Positions 1 to 8,053 of a stretch of DNA of 64,000 nt are shown here, piece by piece (the stretch's first letter is position 1; each line of letters starts with the position of its first letter). The DNA is from Gemmatimonadota bacterium (lineage in GTDB: Bacteria; Gemmatimonadota; Gemmatimonadetes; Longimicrobiales; Gaopeijiaceae): contig JAXHMG010000003.1 in the NCBI GenBank assembly GCA_034521595.1, forward strand, positions 3,008,001 to 3,072,000, in the 5' to 3' direction. The notes below the pieces were generated by a model. That model was not told the DNA's origin. It did not search any database and saw nothing but the letters and a program-made list of their open reading frames with translations. A program made the translations under genes and the position numbers.

Positions 1-1
1 C

Positions 2-568
2 GGGCTGCGTGGCGCGTCGCGCTACTACTCGGAGCTGTATCGCGAAGCGTTCCTGCTCGAGTGCGAGGCGTTGCGAAGGGTTCGAGCCGATGTCGGGTTG
101 AAGAACGTCGTTCCGATGATCCCGTTCTGCCGGACGCCCGCCGAGGCCGATCGAGTCCTGGACCTCATGGCCGGGGCGGGGCTGAAGCGAGGGGAGGACG
201 ACCTCAAGATCTTCATCATGTGCGAGATTCCTTCGAACGTGGTCGTGGCCGAAGCGTTCGCGGAGCGTTTCGACGGCTTCTCCATCGGGAGCAACGACCT
301 GACGCAGCTGGTGCTCGGCGTGGACCGTGACTCGGCCGAGCTGGCGCACCTGTTCGACGAAGACGACGAAGCGGTGAAGTCGATGATCTCCGACGTCATC
401 GGCCGATGCGCCGAGGCCGGCATCTCGATCGGCATCTGCGGGCAGGCCCCGAGCGATCGAAAGGGATTCGCGGAGTTCCTCGTGAACGAAGGCATAGACT
501 CGATGTCCCTGAATCCCGACAGCATCGTGGACGTCGTGCGGCGGGTGGCTGCATTGGAAGGCGCATGA
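2..568 (+). CDS. ppsA: Phosphoenolpyruvate synthase, C-terminal part (runs in from left edge)
   Basis: Frame open from base 2: GLRGASRYYS..., MIPFCRT, MCEIPSN, FDGFSIGSNDLTQL, GICGQAPSD and SMSLNPDS motifs of the PEP synthase C-terminal domain. Confidence 0.93.
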   Translation, partial: GLRGASRYYSELYREAFLLECEALRRVRADVGLKNVVPMIPFCRTPAEADRVLDLMAGAGLKRGEDDLKIFIMCEIPSNVVVAEAFAERFDGFSIGSNDLTQLVLGVDRDSAELAHLFDEDDEAVKSMISDVIGRCAEAGISIGICGQAPSDRKGFAEFLVNEGIDSMSLNPDSIVDVVRRVAALEGA

Positions 569-2367
569 ATCCACCCCCGGTTACGCCCGATATCCTCATC
601 ACGGCGGCGATCACGCTGGGGGCGCTCGTCCTCTTCGTGCTCGATCGCCTTCCGATCGAGGTGGTCGGGCTGATGGTCATGGTCGCGCTCGTGCTGACCG
701 GTGTCGTCACGCCCGCCGAAGGCGTGAGCGGCTTCGCGAGCGAAGCGATCGTCACGATCGCGGCCATGTTCGTCCTGTCGGCCGCGCTCGTGCGCACCGG
801 TGGGGTGGACGTGCTGGGGCGCTTCATCTCGAAGCTGGCGGGCGATAGCGAGTTCCGCTTGTTGGCGATGTCGTTGGCCGTGGTGGTCCCGGCGAGCGCG
901 TTCGTGAACAACACGCCGGTCGTCGTGGTGATGGTTCCGGTGTTGCTCGGTCTGGCGCGGGAACGGGGCGTGCCGGCGTCCCGACTCTTCATGCCGATGT
1001 CGTTCGCCAGCCAAATGGGCGGAACGCTGACCCTCATAGGAACGAGCACGAACCTGCTCGTGGCGGGGCTCGTGCTGGACCTCGGACTTCCCCGTATCGA
1101 GCTTTTCGACATCACGCCTCCGGCCTTGGTGCTCACTGCGCTGGGCGTGCTGTACCTGCTCACGGTGGGTCGAAAGCTCGTTCCGGATCGCGACGGCGAG
1201 GAAGATCTCGAAGAGCGTTACGAGCTCGGAGAGTACCTGTCCGGACTCGAGGTCGGCGAGGAGTCCGACCTCGCGGGGCGGTCGCTCGAGGAGAGCGGTC
1301 TCCGTGAGAAGCACGGGCTCGACGTGCTTGCGATCGAGCGCGACGAAGAACGCATCTTCTTGCCCGACGGATTCGTCGAGATCCGGGAAGGTGACCGACT
1401 CGTGGTGCGTGGCAAGATCACGGGGATCGCCGACGCCGAGTCGGGCGCCGGCCTCCGGATCTCGGGTACCGGATCGACGTTTTCCTCGCCCGAGCTGGAC
1501 GCCGACGAGGGTGAGTCGAGGTACAGCGAGCTCCTCGTTCCTCCTCGGTCACGGGTGGTGGGGGCCTCCCTCGAGGAGCTCAGGTTCCGCGGCCGCTACG
1601 GGGTGCCCGTCGTCGGGATCCGTCGCCACGGAGAGGCGGTGCACGAACCGATGCGGTCGGTGTCGCTGCATGCCGGCGACATCCTGCTGGTGCGCGCGAC
1701 TCCGAGGGATCTGGAACGGATCCGCGATGTGGGCGACCTGGCGCTATTGGGGCCCCTCGACCTGCCCCCCCGGCGGAAGCACAAGCTGCCCCATTCCGTC
1801 GCCGTGATCCTGACGGTCGTCCTGCTCGCCGCTCTCGGCGTCACGACCATCCTCGTCGCTGCCCTGGCCGGTGTCGTGGCGGTGTTCCTCGCAGGATGTC
1901 TCACGCCCGAGGAAGCGTACGAGGACATCGACTGGAAGCCGCTCGTGCTCCTGGGCTCGATCCTGCCACTGGGCATCGCCATGCAGCAGACGGGAGCCGC
2001 CGAGCTCTCGGCGGCCCATTTCTTGACGTTGACCCGGACGTTGGGGCCGACGGGGGTGCTGGTCGCGTTCTACGTGTTCACCAGCCTGCTCACCGAGCTC
2101 ATCAGCAACGCCGCCTCGGCGGTGGTGCTCACGCCGCTCGCGGTCGCGATGGGCCAGAGCCTCGACGTCTCGCCGATGCCCTTCGTCGTCGCCGTCATCC
2201 TGGCGGCATCGAACAGCTTCATCACGCCGGTGGGCTACCAGACCAACACGTTCATCTTCGGGCCCGGCGGCTACCGGTTTTCGGACTTCCTGCGTGTCGG
2301 GGGGCCTCTCTCTCTGCTCTTCGCCGCCGCGGCGGGATTCGTGATCCCGGCCTTCTTCCCGTTCTAG
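565..2367 (+). CDS. SLC13/CitMHS-like anion permease with two TrkA-C (RCK_C) domains
   Basis: ATG 565 overlaps the ppsA stop (ATGA); SAFVNNTPVV, GGTLTLIGTSTNL and SFITPVGYQTN motifs; hydrophilic central region with two RCK_C-like repeats. Confidence 0.9.
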   Translation: MNPPPVTPDILITAAITLGALVLFVLDRLPIEVVGLMVMVALVLTGVVTPAEGVSGFASEAIVTIAAMFVLSAALVRTGGVDVLGRFISKLAGDSEFRLLAMSLAVVVPASAFVNNTPVVVVMVPVLLGLARERGVPASRLFMPMSFASQMGGTLTLIGTSTNLLVAGLVLDLGLPRIELFDITPPALVLTALGVLYLLTVGRKLVPDRDGEEDLEERYELGEYLSGLEVGEESDLAGRSLEESGLREKHGLDVLAIERDEERIFLPDGFVEIREGDRLVVRGKITGIADAESGAGLRISGTGSTFSSPELDADEGESRYSELLVPPRSRVVGASLEELRFRGRYGVPVVGIRRHGEAVHEPMRSVSLHAGDILLVRATPRDLERIRDVGDLALLGPLDLPPRRKHKLPHSVAVILTVVLLAALGVTTILVAALAGVVAVFLAGCLTPEEAYEDIDWKPLVLLGSILPLGIAMQQTGAAELSAAHFLTLTRTLGPTGVLVAFYVFTSLLTELISNAASAVVLTPLAVAMGQSLDVSPMPFVVAVILAASNSFITPVGYQTNTFIFGPGGYRFSDFLRVGGPLSLLFAAAAGFVIPAFFPF

Positions 2368-2529
2368 CCGCTCGGCCGAGCCTGGTGGTCGAGCTGCTGC
2401 TCGATGGTGCGTGCATGCTCGACGATCTCCGGTTCCTCAGACGGCGGTGTGCCCGGCGAAGATCCCGAAGAACCAGGTCGCGATCCGCAGTCGGGGCACC
2501 GGTGCCTCCACGTGCTATCTCTCCTCCCC

Positions 2530-2573
2530 GGACCCATCTCGAGACGTTGTAACCTCGTCCGCGGCCCTCAGGC
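2530..2573. repeat. Left copy of 44-bp exact direct repeat (53 bp with 2 mismatches from 2521)
   Basis: GGACCCATCTCGAGACGTTGTAACCTCGTCCGCGGCCCTCAGGC is identical to 6340-6383. Confidence 0.95.
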
Positions 2574-2819
2574 CGCCTACGCTGCCCGAGATCCTGTGGC
2601 TTCATGCCGGCTCGCCCTTCGCCAGATCCCCGGTCTGGGTTGACGATACCTCGCTAGCCGGTGGACAACCTGCTCGCCGTGACTAAGCCTCTGCTTGTCT
2701 GAGCGTGCACGGAACCATCTGCTCTGAACATTCGATTCTTCTGGTCAGTAGGCGACAATTGGAGCGTACTTGACGTAATAGCTGCTGGTTTCAGTGGCGT
2801 GAGGCCGAGAGTCGTGGAG

Positions 2820-3245
2820 GTGAACGTGGACCAGTTACTCAGGGCCGCCCGCGTGGCGTCTTCGCTTCTTTTGATGGCGATACCAGTAGCTGCAGTTGGG
2901 CAGGAGACCGGACGCTGTAATCCCAACGGTCCTCCGGATGTGGACTCCTTAGCTTTGTCTGTTCCACCTCGTCTCCTAAACGGGGCCGAAGCTAGGGAGG
3001 CGGTGAGGCGCCTGCACCCTGTTGAGTTGCGTCGTTCGGGAAGAGGCGGCAGCACCTGGGTGTCGGTGCTGATCAGCAAGACCGGCGCGGTTCAGGGGGC
3101 ACAAATCCGAGAACGCTCTCAACTCCCCGCCATCGACTCGGCGGCCCTAGCGCTTACCACCGTTCTTGAGTTCGCGCCTGCATATTCAGGTCGTGATCCA
3201 GTGTGCACTTGGTTCGAGTTCCCGGTCCGGTTTCCCGACGGCTAG
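2820..3245 (+). CDS. Secreted stand-alone TonB C-terminal domain protein
   Basis: Signal-like N-terminus (LLLMAIPVAAVG); VSVLISKTGAV...IDSAALA...FAPA...PV..WFEFPVRF resembles TonB_C; start uncertain (2799/2820/2826). Confidence 0.7.
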   Translation: MNVDQLLRAARVASSLLLMAIPVAAVGQETGRCNPNGPPDVDSLALSVPPRLLNGAEAREAVRRLHPVELRRSGRGGSTWVSVLISKTGAVQGAQIRERSQLPAIDSAALALTTVLEFAPAYSGRDPVCTWFEFPVRFPDG

Positions 3246-3329
3246 ATCCAGACCGTCCCGCGTTGCCAGAGTGGCGGCGCTTCCATCGCCCTCTTGAGAG
3301 GGCAGTCCAACAACCACAGGAGGTACAAG

Positions 3330-3521
3330 ATGCGCAGGGTTCTCTTCTTCCTCGGGGTCGCGCTTTTGGGCGCGAACGCAGCTGTCGCCGCCGAGAGCCT
3401 GTCCGTTGACTCTCCGTTCACCTACAAGCAGTGCGGGTATCAGGTGGGTGAAACCCAGGGCTACTGCACCAGTCTCGTCGATGACGACTGTCAGAACGAC
3501 AGCGAGTGCGTCCGCGAGTAG
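3330..3521 (+). CDS. Small secreted Cys-rich peptide (63 aa)
   Basis: Strong RBS AGGAGGT at 3318-3324; Sec-type signal MRRVLFFLGVALLGANAAVAA; mature part has C-x10-C-x7-C-x5-C. Confidence 0.75.
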   Translation: MRRVLFFLGVALLGANAAVAAESLSVDSPFTYKQCGYQVGETQGYCTSLVDDDCQNDSECVRE

Positions 3522-3539
3522 CACTACCGCTTCCCAACT

Positions 3540-3571
3540 GCGGTGCGCCGCTGATTTCAGCGGCGCACCGC
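3540..3571 (+). terminator. Strong hairpin after the peptide gene (attenuator or mRNA-stabilising stem)
   Basis: GCGGTGCGCCGCTG-ATTT-CAGCGGCGCACCGC, perfect 14-bp stem; only a weak U-tract follows. Confidence 0.7.
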
Positions 3572-3630
3572 CTTGCCTTCTCGTGAGACGCGGCAATTGT
3601 CTCGGCCAGCCTACGGAGGTACGAAACGTC

Positions 3631-4140
3631 GTGAAATTCTGGATCGGAGCTTGTCTTATCTTGCTCGGGACCCTGCTTGGACAACTATGGTTGCGTGAAC
3701 TGCGCACCAGAGCTCAGCGGACGTTGGCCGAGAATCCGGCGTTGCCGGGAGACCTGATGCGACATGAGTTTCGCACCTTGGATGGTGATCGCATTCCCTA
3801 CCCTAACCGATGCTGGCATGCGTACATCGCGTCTGTGGCGTGCGGTGCGTGTGCCGACCTTGCGGCGGAATGGATCCGTACTCCTGACCGTGCGTCGGCG
3901 TTTTGGGTGTTTCCGATCAGTGAGAGCGGTAGAGTATCCGAGTTCGCCCAAGAGCACAGGATTGCACGTGACTCGATACGCTTGCTTCCCGTTGAGAGCC
4001 TAGCCGAGGCTGGCTTCTTTGCGACGCCAACGCTTGTAGCAGGTGAAGGCCCAACGATCCGACACTTGACCATCGCTCTGAGTCTGGTCCGACGCAACGC
4101 GGCGGCCGGGGCCTGCAGACCGGGGCCCTCCAGACCATGA
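3631..4140 (+). CDS. Membrane-anchored thioredoxin-fold protein (CxxC)
   Basis: RBS GGAGGT then GTG 3631; N-terminal TM; SVACGAC motif; FATPTLV cis-Pro-like motif. Confidence 0.7.
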   Translation: MKFWIGACLILLGTLLGQLWLRELRTRAQRTLAENPALPGDLMRHEFRTLDGDRIPYPNRCWHAYIASVACGACADLAAEWIRTPDRASAFWVFPISESGRVSEFAQEHRIARDSIRLLPVESLAEAGFFATPTLVAGEGPTIRHLTIALSLVRRNAAAGACRPGPSRP

Positions 4141-5396
4141 GGTTTGTCGGATGCTGCGCCCTGCTATGCGGGGCTTGCTTGTTCGTCGCTTGCCGGTACT
4201 CCGACAGCGCCGAGCCTGGTTTCTGGGTTGAGAATGGCAATCCGAATACGATCCACAACGCTCGACCGGTACATCAGGATACGCTCCTCGCCGAACGGAA
4301 GCTTCGGATTGGATCGCTTGACGGGGACCCCGATCTGACCTTTGGAGAAATCACCTCTCTCGCGGTCCATCCAGACGGTCGCATTTTCGTGTTCGAAGAC
4401 GGGCGAGGCGTCCGGTCTTTTGATCGACACGGCACGTTCGTCGGTTCGGTCGCGGGTTCGGGGGAAGGACCCCGTGAGGTTGATTTCGTACCGTCAATGC
4501 ATGCTACGTCGGTAGGGGGACTGGTCCTCCACGACCTCGGCAACGCGCGCCTAGCGCGCTTCAGGGGGCCAGCGCCCACGTTGATCCCGTTGCGGCGTGT
4601 CATTCGGCAGAGCTACCAAGAGGATGCGATCGCCTCGCATGAGGACGGATCCTTATGGCTCGGTTTCCACCCTCTGCTGGGACCCGACGGAGTCGTAGAA
4701 TACCCTCGCCCGATATACGCGCGGGTAACCGACGAAGGAGAGCTCCGCGACACCATCTACGCCCCGGAATATTTTACAGATGACTGCCCGATATTGAGCG
4801 AGGCTCAGTATCGACGCGGCTTCTGGGACGACCGCCGAGAGCCTTACGTGCCGAAGGTCAAATGGGCATTGGGGCCGCGCGGTACACTCGTCGTAGGCTG
4901 CCCGGCTGAATACACCTTCGACATTTTATCCCCCGATGATGAGGTGCTCCGAGTCACGAGGCCGTATCGGTCCGTAGCCATCTCTGATGAAGAAAAAGAC
5001 TTCCTTGCCGCTCATGCGGGCATTGGAAGCCTTCCCGATGAGAAGCCGGCCTACGCGAGGTTGATTATTCCCGGTGACGGTCGAATTTGGGTTCGGCCGA
5101 GCTTCCCCAGCCGCCGGGTTCCGTTGCCACAGGAGACCTTCGACGCTACGGGCGTGTCGCACACGTGGGTGCCGTCTTCTGCTGGATCACTCGACGTCTT
5201 TTCATCGGACGGCAGATGGCTGGCTGTGGTCAAACTACCCCAGGGGATCGCTTACAGCGGGTTTCCGAACGAGCCCTCGATGGTCATCCGGGGCGACACG
5301 ATTTGGGCCGTGGCTCGAGATTCGTTTGATGTGGAATATGTTGATCGATACGAAGTGCCGCGGTTGAGCGATTTGGATGGTGGATCTGCCAACTGA
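4137..5396 (+). CDS. 6-bladed beta-propeller (NHL/TolB-like) lipoprotein
   Basis: ATGA overlap; lipobox-like LFVAC; LRIGSLDGDPDLTFGEITSLAVHPDGRIFV, GSGEGPREV, LDVFSSDGRWL, RGDTIWAVARDSFDVEYV. Confidence 0.8.
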   Translation: MRFVGCCALLCGACLFVACRYSDSAEPGFWVENGNPNTIHNARPVHQDTLLAERKLRIGSLDGDPDLTFGEITSLAVHPDGRIFVFEDGRGVRSFDRHGTFVGSVAGSGEGPREVDFVPSMHATSVGGLVLHDLGNARLARFRGPAPTLIPLRRVIRQSYQEDAIASHEDGSLWLGFHPLLGPDGVVEYPRPIYARVTDEGELRDTIYAPEYFTDDCPILSEAQYRRGFWDDRREPYVPKVKWALGPRGTLVVGCPAEYTFDILSPDDEVLRVTRPYRSVAISDEEKDFLAAHAGIGSLPDEKPAYARLIIPGDGRIWVRPSFPSRRVPLPQETFDATGVSHTWVPSSAGSLDVFSSDGRWLAVVKLPQGIAYSGFPNEPSMVIRGDTIWAVARDSFDVEYVDRYEVPRLSDLDGGSAN

Positions 5397-5485
5397 TGGC
5401 TAGGCTGCTTGCTTGCATACCCGGCGACGTCCACTCTACTATATTATTAGTAGCGTGGCCCGACCCGTACGCCGCAGGGTGGTAA

Positions 5486-6241
5486 ATGGAAGCAAATCTG
5501 ACCCACCGGACACCCTCCCTCGCGCATGTGAGTCTTCAACTCAGTGGACCGGGGTACGATGGCTGGCCAGTCGTTCAGCGCATGCCAGATCGCGTGGCGG
5601 ACGGGACCGTCTTGATCGCGACCCTTGAAGATCGCCCACCATGGCCCCACAGTCTCCAGTCGACGGTTGGTCTTGTTCGCGAGTTTCGTCGGGCTTTTCC
5701 GGCTCTAGTTATCGGCGCGAAGGTGAATTTCGACGGTAACGAGGAGGCGTTGGAGGCGTTTCGTGTGCTCCAGGCTTCAGGAGTGCGCCTCATGGTGCCA
5801 GGTCAGGTTTCGGAGGCTTCTGTGAGAGGCGCGAACGCGCAAGCCGGCCTATCGGTGTTCGATCTTGAAACATGGCTTATGTCGACCCTTTCGCCTCACG
5901 GTATCCGTGAGACCGGATTGGTGAAGTTGCTGGCACAATTGACCGCCGGGCACAATATCCGCGGAGGCACGGTCGACCGATGTCGTAGGTGGACGAGGAA
6001 GCTGGGCCTTCCTCCGTGGGGCGCTTGGCGAACGGTCGGGAGGCTGGTGCGCGCAGTTGTGCGACTCCAAGTGGGTCCGGGCCCGTTGGCGTACGAGGTG
6101 GGGCAGGACGAGGGGTTCGCTGACGGTCCAACCTTTTCAAGGGCGTGCAGCAGAGTTTTTGGTGAACCTCCTACGCAGCTGCGAACAATGATCGGATGGG
6201 AGTGGCTGTTACATCGGTTCCTGACGCGCCATATGAAATAG
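5486..6241 (+). CDS. Divergent AraC-family HTH regulator
   Basis: C-terminal VGQDEGFADGPTFSRACSRVFGEPPTQLR matches the second AraC HTH; AT-rich stretch upstream (about 5438-5452). Confidence 0.7.
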   Translation: MEANLTHRTPSLAHVSLQLSGPGYDGWPVVQRMPDRVADGTVLIATLEDRPPWPHSLQSTVGLVREFRRAFPALVIGAKVNFDGNEEALEAFRVLQASGVRLMVPGQVSEASVRGANAQAGLSVFDLETWLMSTLSPHGIRETGLVKLLAQLTAGHNIRGGTVDRCRRWTRKLGLPPWGAWRTVGRLVRAVVRLQVGPGPLAYEVGQDEGFADGPTFSRACSRVFGEPPTQLRTMIGWEWLLHRFLTRHMK

Positions 6242-6339
6242 GCTCCCCTCCCAAGCTCCGGCTTCCCATAGGCTGCGCTCATCCCGGATCCTGCATTGCG
6301 AGCATTATGGAGGTGTGATAAACACCGTCGCCCCTCCCG

Positions 6340-6383
6340 GGACCCATCTCGAGACGTTGTAACCTCGTCCGCGGCCCTCAGGC
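6340..6383. repeat. Right copy of the 44-bp direct repeat; includes the stop codon of the AAA ATPase gene
   Basis: Identical to 2530-2573. Confidence 0.95.
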
Positions 6384-7853
6384 GTTCCCCATGCCCCCCA
6401 TCGGATCGAATCCCTGGTATCCCTTGCCTTGCTGGGGATTCTGATGGATGGCCTTGCTGTAGCCGCCGGAGGTGCTGCGGCTGATCCGGCGCTGAGCCAC
6501 GAGCGCTTCGAGCACGAGCTCGCACGCCGCCGCGCGTACGCCGTCGCTGGCTCCGGAAGGCGCCAACCCGACGCTCTCGACGAGGTTGAGGAGGCCCGGC
6601 ACGGTGCTGAACCCCTTCACGCACGCTTTCGAGGCCGAATCCTCGCCGACCTGGATCGCGCCGCCGCCCTCGAAGTACTCGACGATGGAGTCCACGTCGG
6701 CTCCGGCCGCCCGCACGTCGAACGCCTGGGACGAGCCGAGCTGAATGAGCTCACGGGCGATCTTGTCCGCGCCGTGAAGCTCGCCCTCGTACTCGAGCTC
6801 CATCTTGCCCGTGATCGCCGGGATCGCGGCGTAGAGGTCGGTCATGCGCGGGATCGCCGCGTCTTCGCCATGGCGCAGCGCCCGCCGCTCCGCGTTGGAG
6901 ACGACCGTCTCCATGACGGTGATCGGTAGGCGCTGGCTCACGCCCGAGCGCTGGTCGATCCTCTTGTCCTTCCGCGCGAGGAACGCGATCCGCTCCACCG
7001 TCTCCTGCACGAAGTCGGGGATCTCGACCGGTAGGCCGTCGCGGTCCGTCCACGCTTCCTGCTCGGTGATGGAGGTGCCGGTCTCGAGCTCTTCGGGGTA
7101 GTGCGTCCGGATCTCGGCGCCGATCCGGTCCTTGAGCGGTGTGATGATCTTGCCCCGGGCCGTGTAGTCTTCGGGGTTGGCGGTGAACACCATCAGGAGG
7201 TCGAGCGCCAGCCGGATGGGGTATCCCTTCACCTGCACGTCCCCCTCCTGGAGGATGTTGAAGAGGCCCACCTGGATCTTGCCCGCGAGATCGGGCAGCT
7301 CGTTGATGGCGAACACGCCCCGATTGGCGCGCGGGAGCAGTCCGTAGTGGATGGTGAGCTCGTCCGCCAGGATGTGCCCACCCCGGGCCGCCTTGATGGG
7401 GTCGACGTCGCCGATGACGTCGGCGATGGTCACGTCCGGCGTGGCGAGCTTCTCCACGTAGCGGTGCTCGCGGTCGACCCATTCGATGGGCGCGTCGTCA
7501 CCGTGCTCCTCGACCAGAAGCTTCCCGTGCTTCGAGATCGGCGCCAGCGGATCGTCGTTCACCTCGCTGCCGGCCAGGATCGGGATCCGCTCGTCGAGGA
7601 GCGAGACGAGCTGCCGCAGGATCCGGCTCTTCGCCTGGCCCCGTAGGCCGAGAAGGATGAAATCGTGCCGCGCGAGCACCGCGTTGACGATCTCCGGAAC
7701 CACCGAATCATCGTATCCCTGGATGCCCGGAAAGAGCGGCTCCCCCGCTTGCAGCTTCCGAACGAGGTTCTGGCGCATCTCGTCCTTGACCGTGCGGCTC
7801 GCGTAGCCCGACGCCTTCAGCGCGCCGAGGGTGGTGGGGTGTGATTCGCTCAT
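6378..7853 (-). CDS. Magnesium-chelatase-subunit-I-like AAA+ ATPase
   Basis: GLRGQAKS Walker-A variant; RYVEKLATPD, HYGLLPRANRGVFAINELPDL, FTANPEDYTARGKIITPLKDRIG. Confidence 0.85.
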   Translation of the reverse strand: MSESHPTTLGALKASGYASRTVKDEMRQNLVRKLQAGEPLFPGIQGYDDSVVPEIVNAVLARHDFILLGLRGQAKSRILRQLVSLLDERIPILAGSEVNDDPLAPISKHGKLLVEEHGDDAPIEWVDREHRYVEKLATPDVTIADVIGDVDPIKAARGGHILADELTIHYGLLPRANRGVFAINELPDLAGKIQVGLFNILQEGDVQVKGYPIRLALDLLMVFTANPEDYTARGKIITPLKDRIGAEIRTHYPEELETGTSITEQEAWTDRDGLPVEIPDFVQETVERIAFLARKDKRIDQRSGVSQRLPITVMETVVSNAERRALRHGEDAAIPRMTDLYAAIPAITGKMELEYEGELHGADKIARELIQLGSSQAFDVRAAGADVDSIVEYFEGGGAIQVGEDSASKACVKGFSTVPGLLNLVESVGLAPSGASDGVRAAACELVLEALVAQRRISRSTSGGYSKAIHQNPQQGKGYQGFDPMGGMGNA

Positions 7854-8053
7854 GCCTGAGTCGTCTCCGGGGCGGCTGGTGGTCCGGCATCATGACGAAG
7901 GGTAGAGCCGTCGCCGCGAGTTGGCGATGTTATGTGCCGGTTACGACGACTGAGTCCCCCCGACGTCTGGACGTCGAATCGGTACACATGGTCGGCCGTG
8001 CGGATCCGCCCACGAACGACGTCGGGAAGTCCACCACAACACCCGGAGCCATT

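Larger units (their letters stand above)
2530..6383. mobile_element. Putative horizontally acquired cassette/islet (3810-bp repeat-to-repeat), no integrase
   Basis: Bounded by the direct repeats; visibly lower GC and more A/T-ending codons than the flanks; five co-oriented genes. Confidence 0.65.

Noticed and set aside
2368-2520. Possible gene remnant on the minus strand next to the left repeat
   Set aside because: Only short broken frames with no recognisable family.
2530-2573. Repeat as an integron attC site or CRISPR repeat
   Set aside because: Only two copies 3.8 kb apart, no spacer array, no RYYYAAC...GTTRRRY palindromic structure, and no intI or cas genes.
6378-7853. Photosynthesis gene bchI/chlI
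   Set aside because: Motifs fit the widespread chelatase-like AAA family, and there are no bch or puf genes nearby.
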